Assembly (NCBI GenBank): GCA_937958015.1
Contig: CALGOA010000185.1
Location: 938 to 64,937 of the forward strand
Length of the DNA: 64,000 nt
Origin: an uncultured Acidimicrobiales bacterium
GTDB lineage: Bacteria; Actinomycetota; Acidimicrobiia; Acidimicrobiales; SZUA-35
Reading direction: 5' to 3'
Shown in pieces: positions 44,720 to 54,305 of this stretch. The notes beneath the pieces were generated by a model. It saw only the letters and a program-made list of their open reading frames with translations, searched no databases and was not told where the DNA came from. A program made the position numbers and the translations under genes. Positions within the stretch are counted from its first letter, which is position 1. Each line of letters begins with the position of its first letter.

Positions 44720-45367
44720 TTACGCCTTGCCGTCGGCCATGTATTCGATCAGGCGCTCCATCACCTCTGGTCCGGCTTTGCTTACGCTGCCCGCGTCAAA
44801 CGGTGGCTGAGGGTCGTACTCGACCATCAGTTGCATCGCCTTGGCGGCGACGTCGTCGACCAGCAACTCCGACAGCCGGAGCGCCATGTCGATCCCCGAA
44901 CTCACCCCGGCGGCGGTGATGATTCGATCCTCAAGGTGTTCCACGATGCGCTGCTCGGTTGGCACCGCACCCAACTTCGCAAGCGAGTCGTAGGCACCCC
45001 AGTGGGTGGTGGCCGACTTTCCATCCAACAATCCGGCCTTGGCCAGGACTAGCGAACCGGTGCAGACCGATGTGGTGAACCGCGTCGTGGGGTGAACGGC
45101 CTGGACCCACGAGACGAGCGGATGGCCGTCCTCGGAGACGACCGCTCGAGTTCCGGTGCCGCCGGGAACCACGACGACGTCCGGGTTCGGAATATCGTCG
45201 TACGTTGCGTCTGCGATTAAGCCGAGGAACCCGTTCTCGGTTCGGATCTCGCCGGTTCGGTCAGCGACGAAGACGACCTCGGCCCCCGGGAGCCGTTGCA
45301 GGGTCTCGTACGGTCCGATGCCGTCGAGGGCGGTCAGACGATCGAAGAGGGGGATAGCGATTTGCAT
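44720..45367 (-). CDS. DJ-1/PfpI family protein
   Basis: 215-aa ORF with MQIAIPLFDRLTALDGIGPYE, VVVPGG and TSVCTGSLVLAKAGLL (nucleophile-elbow Cys). Confidence 0.85.
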   Translation of the reverse strand: MQIAIPLFDRLTALDGIGPYETLQRLPGAEVVFVADRTGEIRTENGFLGLIADATYDDIPNPDVVVVPGGTGTRAVVSEDGHPLVSWVQAVHPTTRFTTSVCTGSLVLAKAGLLDGKSATTHWGAYDSLAKLGAVPTEQRIVEHLEDRIITAAGVSSGIDMALRLSELLVDDVAAKAMQLMVEYDPQPPFDAGSVSKAGPEVMERLIEYMADGKA

Positions 45368-45393
45368 GAGGGTTCCTTCGGTGTTTGATGAAC

Positions 45394-46437
45394 TTAGGTC
45401 GTTGACGGTGAGAGGGAGAAGCGACGCCGGTAATCATCAGGCGACAAACCGAGCCGCCGATGGAAGGCGCGACGCAACGACTCGCCGCTGCCGAAGCCAG
45501 CCCGACGGGCAACCTCGGCCACGGTGAGGGACGTCTGTTCGAGATCGACACGGGCTACCTCGACCCGGGCCTGTTCCACGAAGCGGGCTGGCGTGATGCC
45601 CAACTCCTGAGAGAAAAGGCGGGTCAGGTGCCGGGCGGATATACCGACGGCGCGGCCCAGCGACTCGACCGCATGATCACCGGCCGGGTTCGAAGCGATG
45701 AGTTGCTGTGCGGTCCGAACCGGCTCCAGCGGCGACGGATCGAACCAGATCGGAGCGGCGAACTGGGATTGACCGCCGGGACGACGAAGGTGGAGTACCA
45801 GCCAACGGGCCACGATCTGGGCAGTTGCGCTGTCGTGATCCTGTTCGACCACCGCCAGGGCCATGTCCATCCCCGCGGTCACACCGGCGGAGGTCCAGAC
45901 CGTGCCGCTCTGAATGAAGAGGGGGTCCGGATCGACGTCGAGTTCCGGGTACCACTCGCGAAGTTGTTTGCTTCGGGCCCAATGGGTTGCCACCCGATGG
46001 CCGCTCAACAACCCGGCCTGAGCGGCGAGGAAACTCCCGGTACAGATGGTGAGCAATCGGCCGGCCGCGGCTGCGGTGGCGCGGAGCTTTTGTTCCAGCC
46101 TCGGGTTCCCGCAGGCCTCGAACACTCCGATACCACCCGCAATCGCCAGCGAGTCGGGACCAACATCGGTCAGGCCTTCGGTTGGAAACTCAAGTCCCGA
46201 TTCGGATCGAACGAGGCCGCCGTCCAACGACACCACCGTCTGGTCATACGCCGGTTGCTCCAGGACAAGGTTTGCGCCGGCAAAGACCTCGTAGGGCCCC
46301 ACGAGGTCGAGGGACTGGAACCCGGGGTAGACCAGGTGATGGATGGTGTGCGGGCCGCTCACACGACGATCATCCCCGCCCACCACGATGGCGTCAATGA
46401 CACGATGCCCACGATTTCGGACATCGAGTGGTCCCAA
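45394..46437 (-). CDS. GlxA family (DJ-1-like domain + AraC HTH) transcriptional regulator
   Basis: N-terminal DJ-1-like domain (LVYPGFQSLDLVGPYEVF...ICTGSFLAAQAGLL) and a C-terminal AraC HTH (LTVAEVARRAGFGSGESLRRAFHRRLG). The real start may be GTG near 46362. Confidence 0.8.
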   Translation of the reverse strand: MGPLDVRNRGHRVIDAIVVGGDDRRVSGPHTIHHLVYPGFQSLDLVGPYEVFAGANLVLEQPAYDQTVVSLDGGLVRSESGLEFPTEGLTDVGPDSLAIAGGIGVFEACGNPRLEQKLRATAAAAGRLLTICTGSFLAAQAGLLSGHRVATHWARSKQLREWYPELDVDPDPLFIQSGTVWTSAGVTAGMDMALAVVEQDHDSATAQIVARWLVLHLRRPGGQSQFAAPIWFDPSPLEPVRTAQQLIASNPAGDHAVESLGRAVGISARHLTRLFSQELGITPARFVEQARVEVARVDLEQTSLTVAEVARRAGFGSGESLRRAFHRRLGLSPDDYRRRFSLSPSTT

Positions 46438-46531
46438 CTGTTACAGCCCGTCAGCAGCCGCAGCCGAGTGATGCTCCCCCACTAGACTCCTCTTTCGTTC
46501 TTTGAGCGGTCCACCCAGCGAGAGGTACGTC

Positions 46532-49500
46532 ATGTTTTCTCGAACACTTCCGGTACTGCTCGGCCTCATGCTCATCGCGGGCGCCTGCACGGGCAGCGGC
46601 ACTGACGACACAGGGACACCGACCACCCAGGCCACCCCGACCACCGCCGACGTCGCCAGCGACACCACCGCAGGTGAGGTCGATCAAATCGATGCCACCG
46701 GACAACGCGTCGTTCCCGAAGACGAGAAACCCGCGCTTGAAGTAGCGCTGATCTGGCATCAGCATCAACCCGAGTATCCGGTGATCGATGGCGAGGTCAG
46801 CCGCCCCTGGGTTCGTCTGCATGCCTCGAAGGATTATGTCGACATGGCGTCGATCGTCGAGGAATTCCCCGACCTCCGGGTGACGTTTAACCTCACGCCG
46901 GTACTGCTGGACCAACTGGTCGCGCTTGAGGGTGACGCCGAGGATTCCTACGAGCAGGTTTCCCGGGCGCCGATGGTGCAGCTGCGACCGGACCAGAAAC
47001 GATTCATCGTCGATCGATTCTTCGATATCAACAGCCGGGTTCTCGATCGGTCCAACCGGTACAGGGAACTCCGGGCCCAGCGCGAGACCGGCGTCGACTT
47101 CTCCGATCAGGACCTGCGCGACCTTCGAACCCTGTTTCATCTCGGCTGGATCGATCCCGAGATCGTGGCCGACACGCCCGTTCTGGCCCGCCTCAAAGCC
47201 GACGACGGGGGGTATACCGACGCCGACACCATCGAGGTTCTCGACGCCATCGACGAGCTGGTGGCCCAGGTCATCCCCACCCACGCCGAGTTGTGGAACA
47301 GCGGTCAGGTCGAGCTGACCACCACGCCGCTGGCCCACCCGATCCTGCCCCTGATCGCCGACAGCGACCTCGCCCGGGTGGGCGACCCCACGGCGGTGCT
47401 GCCCCGCGAGACGTTCCGCGAATACGCCGACGCCGAACTGCAGGTCGAGCGCGGTCTGGAACGGGCGACCGAACTTCTCGGCCAGACGCCGAACGGCATG
47501 TGGCCCGGTGAAGGTGCCGTCGCTCAGGCGATCATGCCGATCTTTGCCCAGAACGACGTCGGCTGGGTGGCGACCGGTGAGGACGTACTCGCCCAGTCGC
47601 TCGACCTGGGCGGCTTCTCTCGCGACGCCAACGACACGGTCGTCGACGCGGCCGAGCTCTACATTCCCCGGCGGGTCGACACCCGCGAGGGTCCGGTTCA
47701 CGTGTTCTTCCGAGACGTGCGACTGTCCGATCTCATCGGATTCGAGTACTCCCGCATCGATGCCGACGTGGCGGCCGAAGATCTGATCGGCCGCCTCGAC
47801 GACATTCGGTCGCAACTGGCGCGCAACGGTGTGGACGCCGCATCGGGCCAGACCCCTCTGGTCACGTTGGCCATCGACGGCGAGAACGCCTGGGAGAACT
47901 ACCCCAACGACGGGCGCGACTTTCTTCGGGAGCTCTACGGCCGCCTCACCTCGACCGAGTGGCTCACGACCACCACACCGAGCGAGTACCTCTCGAATCA
48001 CGCCGACGACGTAAAGGAACTCGACGAGGTCTTCCCGGCCGCATGGTTCTCTCCAAACTTCGCCACGTGGATCGGCGAACCCGAGGAAGCGAGAGCGTGG
48101 GAGCTGCTGGGCCTCGCCCGGCGGGATCTCCAGGACGCCGAGCGGCGAGGCACCGCCAGCGCGGTTCAACTTGCCACCGCCACCGACCTGATGCTGAAAG
48201 CCCAGGGCTCGGACTGGTTCTGGTGGTACGGCGACGATCAGGACAGCGGGAACGACCGCTACTTTGACGATGCCTACCGAGAACTCCTCGGCCAGATGTA
48301 CGACGCGTTGGGCCAGAACCGCCCCCGCTGGACCACGGTGCCGATCATCGCCGACCCGCGGGTGGTGCCCATCAGCTCCAGCGGTGAGCCGGTGAGCATC
48401 ATCGTCGACGGCAATCCCGCCGATTTCTCCGACGCCGCCCAGTTCGACTTCGCCGTTGACGGCGACATCATCTCCACCCTGGCCGTGGCGGTCGACGATG
48501 ACCGGGTCGGCCTCCAGTTGGAGGGCGGTTACGACGACGGCATGGACATCTATCTGGGAGCCCCGCAGGGGACCAGCCGGCGCGGCACCACGATCGATGA
48601 CCGTTTCGTGCTCGGGTTCGACGCCACCCACCTGATCCGCTGGAACGAACAGGACGGTGCGTGCATCAGCGACCAGTTGGCGCCCGAGACCGTTATCAAC
48701 ACCTACCCCAGCCAATGCGAACGCCTCGAGTCGGCGCTGTCGGCGGCGGGGGTCGAGATGGCGATCCCGAACGAACTCCTCGGCACCCTCACCGCCGGCG
48801 ATCGACTGAACATTCGAATTCAGACCGGTTCGTCGCTCAGCCCGTCGAGCGGTCCCGCCGAGTCCCCGATCCCCGATATCGCCGGTTTCGAAGAGCTTCG
48901 GGTGATCGCCGACCAGGCCGGCGACGACCACGGTCCCGGCACCTACAGCTATCCCACCGACGTCGCCTTCACGTCGGGAAGTTACGACCTGCTCGAGGTC
49001 GTCGCCGGCCAGAGCGGAACCGAAACCGACGGCGACTATGTCTTCGCCATCCTGCTCGACGCACCCATCGAGAACCCCTGGAACAGTCCCATCGGACTGA
49101 GCGTGCAAAGCATCGATATCTACCTGGACTACGACCCCGGAGCCGGGACGGGACGCCGGGCCCTGCTCGACGGTCGAAACGCCCAGCTCGATGGGGACTC
49201 GGGCTGGGAGGCGGCAATTGCGGTTGAGGGTTTCGAGAGCGCCATCGCGGTGCCGAACAACTCCCGGTACACCGAAAACGATTCGGGTCTGGCGATCTCG
49301 GTACTCGCCGAACAGGGCCTGATCACCGTTCGGGTACCTCGATCGGCGCTACCCGCCGGCCTCGACCTGACCACCGCCGGGATCGGCGTCGCCGTCATGT
49401 CACAGGAGGGTTTCCCCAGCCCGGGGGTTCGCCGAATTCGCGACGTTGCACCAACCGCGTCCCAGTGGACGATCGGAGGAGGCGACTCGGCCGCCGGCGA

Positions 49501-49588
49501 CACCCGTATTCTCGATGTGTTGTTCAGCTCGCCGGGGACCCAGGAAGCAGACCTGGCCCGCAACCTGCTGCCGATGGACACCCCGTAA
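46532..49588 (+). CDS. glycoside hydrolase family 57 lipoprotein with a glucodextranase-C-like C-terminal domain
   Basis: Lipobox LLGLMLIAGAC. GH57 signatures LIWHQHQPEY, LHASKDYVDM, TFNLTPVLLDQL and WPGEGAV. C-terminal GDDHGPGTYSYPTD...SYDLLEV...NPWNSPIGLSVQSIDIYL. Confidence 0.8.
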   Translation: MFSRTLPVLLGLMLIAGACTGSGTDDTGTPTTQATPTTADVASDTTAGEVDQIDATGQRVVPEDEKPALEVALIWHQHQPEYPVIDGEVSRPWVRLHASKDYVDMASIVEEFPDLRVTFNLTPVLLDQLVALEGDAEDSYEQVSRAPMVQLRPDQKRFIVDRFFDINSRVLDRSNRYRELRAQRETGVDFSDQDLRDLRTLFHLGWIDPEIVADTPVLARLKADDGGYTDADTIEVLDAIDELVAQVIPTHAELWNSGQVELTTTPLAHPILPLIADSDLARVGDPTAVLPRETFREYADAELQVERGLERATELLGQTPNGMWPGEGAVAQAIMPIFAQNDVGWVATGEDVLAQSLDLGGFSRDANDTVVDAAELYIPRRVDTREGPVHVFFRDVRLSDLIGFEYSRIDADVAAEDLIGRLDDIRSQLARNGVDAASGQTPLVTLAIDGENAWENYPNDGRDFLRELYGRLTSTEWLTTTTPSEYLSNHADDVKELDEVFPAAWFSPNFATWIGEPEEARAWELLGLARRDLQDAERRGTASAVQLATATDLMLKAQGSDWFWWYGDDQDSGNDRYFDDAYRELLGQMYDALGQNRPRWTTVPIIADPRVVPISSSGEPVSIIVDGNPADFSDAAQFDFAVDGDIISTLAVAVDDDRVGLQLEGGYDDGMDIYLGAPQGTSRRGTTIDDRFVLGFDATHLIRWNEQDGACISDQLAPETVINTYPSQCERLESALSAAGVEMAIPNELLGTLTAGDRLNIRIQTGSSLSPSSGPAESPIPDIAGFEELRVIADQAGDDHGPGTYSYPTDVAFTSGSYDLLEVVAGQSGTETDGDYVFAILLDAPIENPWNSPIGLSVQSIDIYLDYDPGAGTGRRALLDGRNAQLDGDSGWEAAIAVEGFESAIAVPNNSRYTENDSGLAISVLAEQGLITVRVPRSALPAGLDLTTAGIGVAVMSQEGFPSPGVRRIRDVAPTASQWTIGGGDSAAGDTRILDVLFSSPGTQEADLARNLLPMDTP

Positions 49589-49604
49589 CGTTGCCAGCGC
49601 CACC

Positions 49605-50363
49605 TCAGTTGAGCGGATCCTCCACCACCACGCGGGCTGCCGGTACGAGCGACGCTTCATAGAACGTGATGAGTTGGGTGGCGGCCTCGATCTCCGCGGG
49701 TTCGGTGAGCGTCGTGAGCATCAGCTGGACATCGTCGAGCAGCTGGGCCCGCCGGTCGGTTTCTCGCAGATCGTGACGATGATGATCGCGGGCACCGTGA
49801 CGTGAATAACGACCGACCCTCGTGCTGAACAGATTCAGCGCCTGCAGTAGTTCGGTCGGACACAGGGTGACCGATCGGGTCAGACCCACCAGTTCCCGAG
49901 CTGCCTTCTCCACATTGGTCGGCATACGTCCGTCATTGACCTCGGCGATTTCGGCGGAGAAGAGTGCCGCGATGTGCTGCTGGGCGAGGGCTCGAACCGG
50001 TGGAATCCCGTCGACGGCTCGCTGGGCCAACATTCTGGCGATCCCGGGCAGAACCTCACCGGAACGACGCTCGAGGACCGTCTGTCGCACGTACCCGTTG
50101 CGATGGGCGCCGAGCAGAACTTCCATCCCGGGGTTCACCGCAACGAGCGCCTGGACCTGATCCGGGCCAACGGTGTCCCATACATCGCTCGTCCCGGCGA
50201 CCTGTCGAACCTGAGTGTCGACGTTCCGGGTGATGCCGTGTTCGACAAGTCGGAGTACCCGGGGCCGATCGATCCCTTCACCGGCGGCCACCGCCTTCAC
50301 GATCTCTGCCCCCTCCGTCACCAGGCGTTTGGCTTCGTTTCTCGGTCCGGCTCCCACCATCAC
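49605..50363 (-). CDS. hypothetical protein (helical-repeat-like)
   Basis: 252-aa ORF. No recognisable catalytic motif, and the composition suggests an all-alpha protein. Confidence 0.45.
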   Translation of the reverse strand: MMVGAGPRNEAKRLVTEGAEIVKAVAAGEGIDRPRVLRLVEHGITRNVDTQVRQVAGTSDVWDTVGPDQVQALVAVNPGMEVLLGAHRNGYVRQTVLERRSGEVLPGIARMLAQRAVDGIPPVRALAQQHIAALFSAEIAEVNDGRMPTNVEKAARELVGLTRSVTLCPTELLQALNLFSTRVGRYSRHGARDHHRHDLRETDRRAQLLDDVQLMLTTLTEPAEIEAATQLITFYEASLVPAARVVVEDPLN

Positions 50364-50548
50364 ACGATACGGCCGTTCTGAAAGAGCCCTCGGACTGGCG
50401 GCCGGAGCCGGTTCTATTTGGTTCTTTTACGTCAATTTTATGTCAGCCTTATTTCGCGCAATTCGGGAATATGACGGCGGACACGTCAGGTTTCGCCTGC
50501 GGGACTGGGCGATGCAGACAGTTCCGTAACCAAACAGGAGGAAACAAA

Positions 50549-51865
50549 ATGAAGAAAACACGGCTCTTGATGTTGGCGGTAGCCAGCGTCTTAACCACGC
50601 TCACGGCGGCGGTCCCGAGCGCCGGGGCGAACGGCACTCACTCCAACGACGCCACTTACACGGTGTCGATCACCAACATCACCGACGGGCAATACCTCAC
50701 CCCCGCCAACTTTGCGGCGCACGATCCCTCCGTGCGGGTCTTCAACCGCGGCCAGGCTGCCAGCCCGGGTGTGCAGGCCGTTGCAGAAAACGGTGGCGTT
50801 CCCGTGCTCGCAGCTGAACTGAATGCGGCGGTCGACGCACAGGGCCTCGGCGTTTCCGGTGTTGCCGAGGGTGGACCGCTCGCTCCGGGTCAGACGACCA
50901 ACTTCGACGTCACCACCTCCGCCACCCGCCTGAGCATCGTCAGCATGCTGATCTGTACCAACGACGGTTTCGCCGGCCTGAACAGCCTCGGCCTCCCCAC
51001 CATCGATGGCCAATCACGGGTGTACCCCCTGCAGGGATATGACGCCGGCACCGAGATCAACACCGAACTCAAAGCCGACATCGTTCCCGCCCCCTTCTGT
51101 CAGGAAGGCGCCGGCTCCGGCACCGGCGAGTCCAACCCCGCCCTCGCCGAGAACGGCGTCATCCGCACCCACAAGACGATCAACGGCGTCGGTGATCTCG
51201 GTGAGAACTTCGACTGGAACGGACCGGTCGCTCGCATCGTCATCACCCGGGTCCCTGCGGTCGCCGAGTACGAGCTGACCATCACCAACCTGACCGGCCA
51301 GTACCTCACCCCGCCGAACTGGGTCACCCATGACCGTTCCGTCGACGTGTTCCAGCGCGGCCAGGCCGCCAGCCCCGGTGTTCAGGCCGTCGCCGAAAAT
51401 GGTGCCGTCCCGGTCTTGGCCGACGAACTCGCCGGTGCCGTGAGCGCGGCGGGCTTCGGTGATTCCGGCGTTGCGGGACCCGACCCGATTCGACCGGGGC
51501 AGTCCCGCACCTTCACCATCTCAACCGCCGCTGACCGCCTCAGCGTCGTATCGATGCTGATCTGCACCAACGACGGCTTTGCCGGGCTCGACAGCCGAGC
51601 CCTACCCCGCAACGGTGGCAACCGCACCTACCGTCTGCAGGGTTACGACGCTGGCACCGAGATCAACACCGAACTCAAAGCCGACATCGTTCCCGCCCCG
51701 TTCTGTCAGATGGGATCGGGCGTCGGGACCGGCGAGTCCAACCCCGCCCTCGCCGAGAACGGCGTCATCACCCGCCACCGCACCCTCCGCGGTGTCGGTG
51801 ACCTCGACCCCGGCTTCGACTGGAACGGCGCAATCGCCACCCTGCAGATTCGTCGGGTCGGCTAA
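50549..51865 (+). CDS. secreted protein with two tandem Spondin_N-like domains
   Basis: ATG 50549 is preceded by CAGGAGGAAAC, and a signal peptide follows (MKKTRLLMLAVASVLTTLTAAVPSAGA). Two ~200-aa repeats each contain ITN(I/L)T.GQYLTP, AHD/THD, FNRGQAASPGVQAVAENG, LICTNDGFAG and YDAGTEINTELKADIVPAPFCQ. Confidence 0.7.
   Translation: MKKTRLLMLAVASVLTTLTAAVPSAGANGTHSNDATYTVSITNITDGQYLTPANFAAHDPSVRVFNRGQAASPGVQAVAENGGVPVLAAELNAAVDAQGLGVSGVAEGGPLAPGQTTNFDVTTSATRLSIVSMLICTNDGFAGLNSLGLPTIDGQSRVYPLQGYDAGTEINTELKADIVPAPFCQEGAGSGTGESNPALAENGVIRTHKTINGVGDLGENFDWNGPVARIVITRVPAVAEYELTITNLTGQYLTPPNWVTHDRSVDVFQRGQAASPGVQAVAENGAVPVLADELAGAVSAAGFGDSGVAGPDPIRPGQSRTFTISTAADRLSVVSMLICTNDGFAGLDSRALPRNGGNRTYRLQGYDAGTEINTELKADIVPAPFCQMGSGVGTGESNPALAENGVITRHRTLRGVGDLDPGFDWNGAIATLQIRRVG
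50650..51862 (+). repeat. intragenic tandem duplication, period 606 nt (202 codons)
   Basis: A 47-nt block ggcaccgagatcaacaccgaactcaaagccgacatcgttcccgcccc is identical at 51047-51093 and 51653-51699. A second shared block is ggcgagtccaaccccgccctcgccgagaacggcgtcatc. The unit borders are approximate. Confidence 0.75.
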
Positions 51866-51906
51866 GGCCAACCGGGTCGGAAACAACTCGACCTCAACGA
51901 AACGAA

Positions 51907-51941
51907 ACGGCGCCCGACTCAACGTGAGTCGGGCGTCGTTT
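51907..51941 (+). terminator. terminator hairpin downstream of the Spondin_N-like gene
   Basis: ACGG-CGCCCGACTC / GAGTCGGGCG-TCGT: a 14-bp stem including one G-U pair, with loop AACGT and a short T run after it. Confidence 0.7.
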
Positions 51942-52121
51942 CGCGCCCTCTCGAACACGGTCTGCGGACGCCTGTTCACCGCTCGTGAGTCGCTCAAAAA
52001 ATCAGGTGATTTCACCCAAGAAACTGCTCGGCCACCGACGGATTGCGGGGGCGTCAGCGGCTAGGTTCGCAGTGCGGACTACACGGCTACTACCCCATCG
52101 ACTCAAGAGGCGCACCCCAGA

Positions 52122-53819
52122 ATGAATCGGCATTTTCCTAGGATCCTCAGTGCATTCGTACTGCTTTTTTCACTGTTTGTGGCAGGAACCACAAGTGCAT
52201 CGGCGCAAGGGGGTAGAGACTATTTCGTCGGCCCCGGTGGCAACGACGACACTCCCGGCACGTCCCTCGATGCACCGCTCGCAACCCTGCAACAGGGCGC
52301 CGGTCTGCTGGGCCCCGGTGACACCCTGTGGGTACTCGAAGGCACCTACGACGGCTTCAGCATGAGCGGAGCCGGAAGCCCCGGCAACTACATGCGAATC
52401 GCCGCCCTCCCCGGCACGACCCCCACCATCGAAGCTGGCGACGGTAACGGCGCCCACTTCCACGACACCAGTTATGTCGAGATGTGGGGACTTGAGCTGA
52501 GCGGCGACGCCGACCAGAACCAGAGCCCCTACGGCATCGGCGTCCTTGTCACCGGTGACTCCCACCACGTGCGGATTGTTCAGAACGAGGTCCACCACTT
52601 CGGCGCCGGCGGAATCATCACGTTCCAGAGCGGCGATCACCTGGAGATCTACCACAACACCGTCCACCACAACGCCAACTGGAACCCCGACCAGCACTCG
52701 GGCATCTCCCTGCTGGGCCTGGTCGACGATGGCACCGCCACCTCGGGCGCCTACAACAACTATGTGATCGGCAACCTCATCTACACCAACGAGGTGAAGG
52801 TCAAGACCGACCAGTTTGGCGGCGGTAGCCGGGTCACCGATGGCAACTGCTTCGTGGTCGACGTGACCCTCGAATCCGGGTACTCGGGCAACACCCTGTT
52901 CGGGTCGAACATTTGCGTCGACAACGGCGGTCGCGGGACCCAGGTCTACAAGAGCGCTGACGTTGACGTCGTGAACAACACCTTCTACCAGAACATGCGC
53001 ACCCCCGACGTCGCCGGGATCGGGTCCGAGGTCATGGCCTATGACTCATCTCGAGTGCGGTTCGCCAACAACCTGATCATGTCCCGTTCGGGGGTTCTCC
53101 CGCTCACCGCTGGGCTCACCACCCCGGTGACCTTCTCGAACAACCTCACCGTCGGCACCCGTGATCCGCAGAAGTCGGGTTCGGATCGACACCTGTCGCT
53201 GGGCACGCCGGTACTCGCTGGCCCCTCGACCAATCCCGGATCGCTAAACGCTGCCAACTTCACACCCCTGTCGGGCAGTGCGGCGATCGACCACGGATCG
53301 GCAGGGTTCACCACCGGGCTACAGGTCGACTTCGCCGGCAACGTACGGGCAGCAGGCAACGGCCCCGACGCTGGAGCGATGGAGTCCGGTGGTGTCGATT
53401 CGGCGACCTGGCCCTACAACAAGGCACTGGCCGGGCCCGGTGTGGCTCCGGTCGATCCCGCTCCGACCCCCGAACCCGAGCCGGCTCCCACGCCGGACCC
53501 CGCGATTGAGGATGCCGTCGGACGCCTGTATTCCGCAGCGTTCCTTCGGGCGCCCGACGAGGCCGGGTTGGCCTACTGGCTCAGCGTCGACGCCCGTCTG
53601 GTCGACATCGCCTACGCCTTCACGATCAGCGACGAGTTCGTCGGACGGTACGGGAAGCTGGACAATCGAGGATTCGTCGATCGCATCTATCGAAACGTGC
53701 TTGAACGCGAACCCGACCAGGAGGGTTACGACTACTGGACCGGACTGATGGCCGATGGCCTCACCCGGGCCGAACTGCTCCTGTACTTCAGCGACTCGGC
53801 CGAGTACCGGGCCGGATAG
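52122..53819 (+). CDS. secreted right-handed parallel beta-helix (pectate-lyase-fold, DUF1565-like) protein with two C-terminal DUF4214 repeats
   Basis: Signal peptide ending SASA. N-terminal YFVGPGGNDDTPGTSLDAPLATLQQGAGLLGPGDTLWVLEGTY, repetitive beta-helix turns, a Pro-rich linker (APVDPAPTPEPEPAPTPDP), then FLRAPDEAGLAYW and LEREPDQEGYDYWTGL. Confidence 0.75.
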   Translation: MNRHFPRILSAFVLLFSLFVAGTTSASAQGGRDYFVGPGGNDDTPGTSLDAPLATLQQGAGLLGPGDTLWVLEGTYDGFSMSGAGSPGNYMRIAALPGTTPTIEAGDGNGAHFHDTSYVEMWGLELSGDADQNQSPYGIGVLVTGDSHHVRIVQNEVHHFGAGGIITFQSGDHLEIYHNTVHHNANWNPDQHSGISLLGLVDDGTATSGAYNNYVIGNLIYTNEVKVKTDQFGGGSRVTDGNCFVVDVTLESGYSGNTLFGSNICVDNGGRGTQVYKSADVDVVNNTFYQNMRTPDVAGIGSEVMAYDSSRVRFANNLIMSRSGVLPLTAGLTTPVTFSNNLTVGTRDPQKSGSDRHLSLGTPVLAGPSTNPGSLNAANFTPLSGSAAIDHGSAGFTTGLQVDFAGNVRAAGNGPDAGAMESGGVDSATWPYNKALAGPGVAPVDPAPTPEPEPAPTPDPAIEDAVGRLYSAAFLRAPDEAGLAYWLSVDARLVDIAYAFTISDEFVGRYGKLDNRGFVDRIYRNVLEREPDQEGYDYWTGLMADGLTRAELLLYFSDSAEYRAG

Positions 53820-53908
53820 ATCCGGTGATGTGGTGCCCGTCGGGGCGGGTCAGCGAACTCTGTCCCACCCCTTCGTCATACTGACATCAGTGGAGTAAGG
53901 AGCACCCG

Positions 53909-54301
53909 ATGGGCACACATCACAACCTCAACAATTCAACCGACACCGACTCGAAGAACGAACTGGCAACAACGACGGACTTCGCCCGGATCGGACGGTT
54001 ACTTACCGATACCGCCGCTGGCGACCAGGTGGAAGCACCCGGATTCCGTAGTCCACCCCGGATCCCCGGGGTGCGGCGATCGGTCACGCGGAACCGAGAC
54101 GGTTCGGTCACCGTGGCGGTCGTCGTTCGGGATCGGCCGGTGATGGCGGTGTTGTCGGACATGATCGACGGCGTCGTACTGACCTCGGGCCGCCAGGGTG
54201 CCGATGCCCGACATCTGTACGACCGGCTGTGGCGGGTCGGCCAGGACTGGCTCACCAGCGAGCAGGCTCCACGCCCTCATCATCTGCGGGTGGCGGCCTG
54301 A
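53909..54301 (+). CDS. hypothetical protein
   Basis: 130-aa ORF with TAAGGAG upstream of the ATG. Its stop lies 4 nt before the nuclease gene start. No family was recognised. Confidence 0.5.
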   Translation: MGTHHNLNNSTDTDSKNELATTTDFARIGRLLTDTAAGDQVEAPGFRSPPRIPGVRRSVTRNRDGSVTVAVVVRDRPVMAVLSDMIDGVVLTSGRQGADARHLYDRLWRVGQDWLTSEQAPRPHHLRVAA

Positions 54302-54305
54302 TCCG

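Noticed and set aside
46451-49108. 885-aa minus-strand ORF, the longest minus-strand ORF in this part of the window
   Set aside because: It is antisense to the GH57 gene, which has clear family motifs. Its translation is low-complexity and rich in Gly/Arg/Val/Asp, with no recognisable domain. Long stop-free antisense frames are expected in GC-rich DNA.
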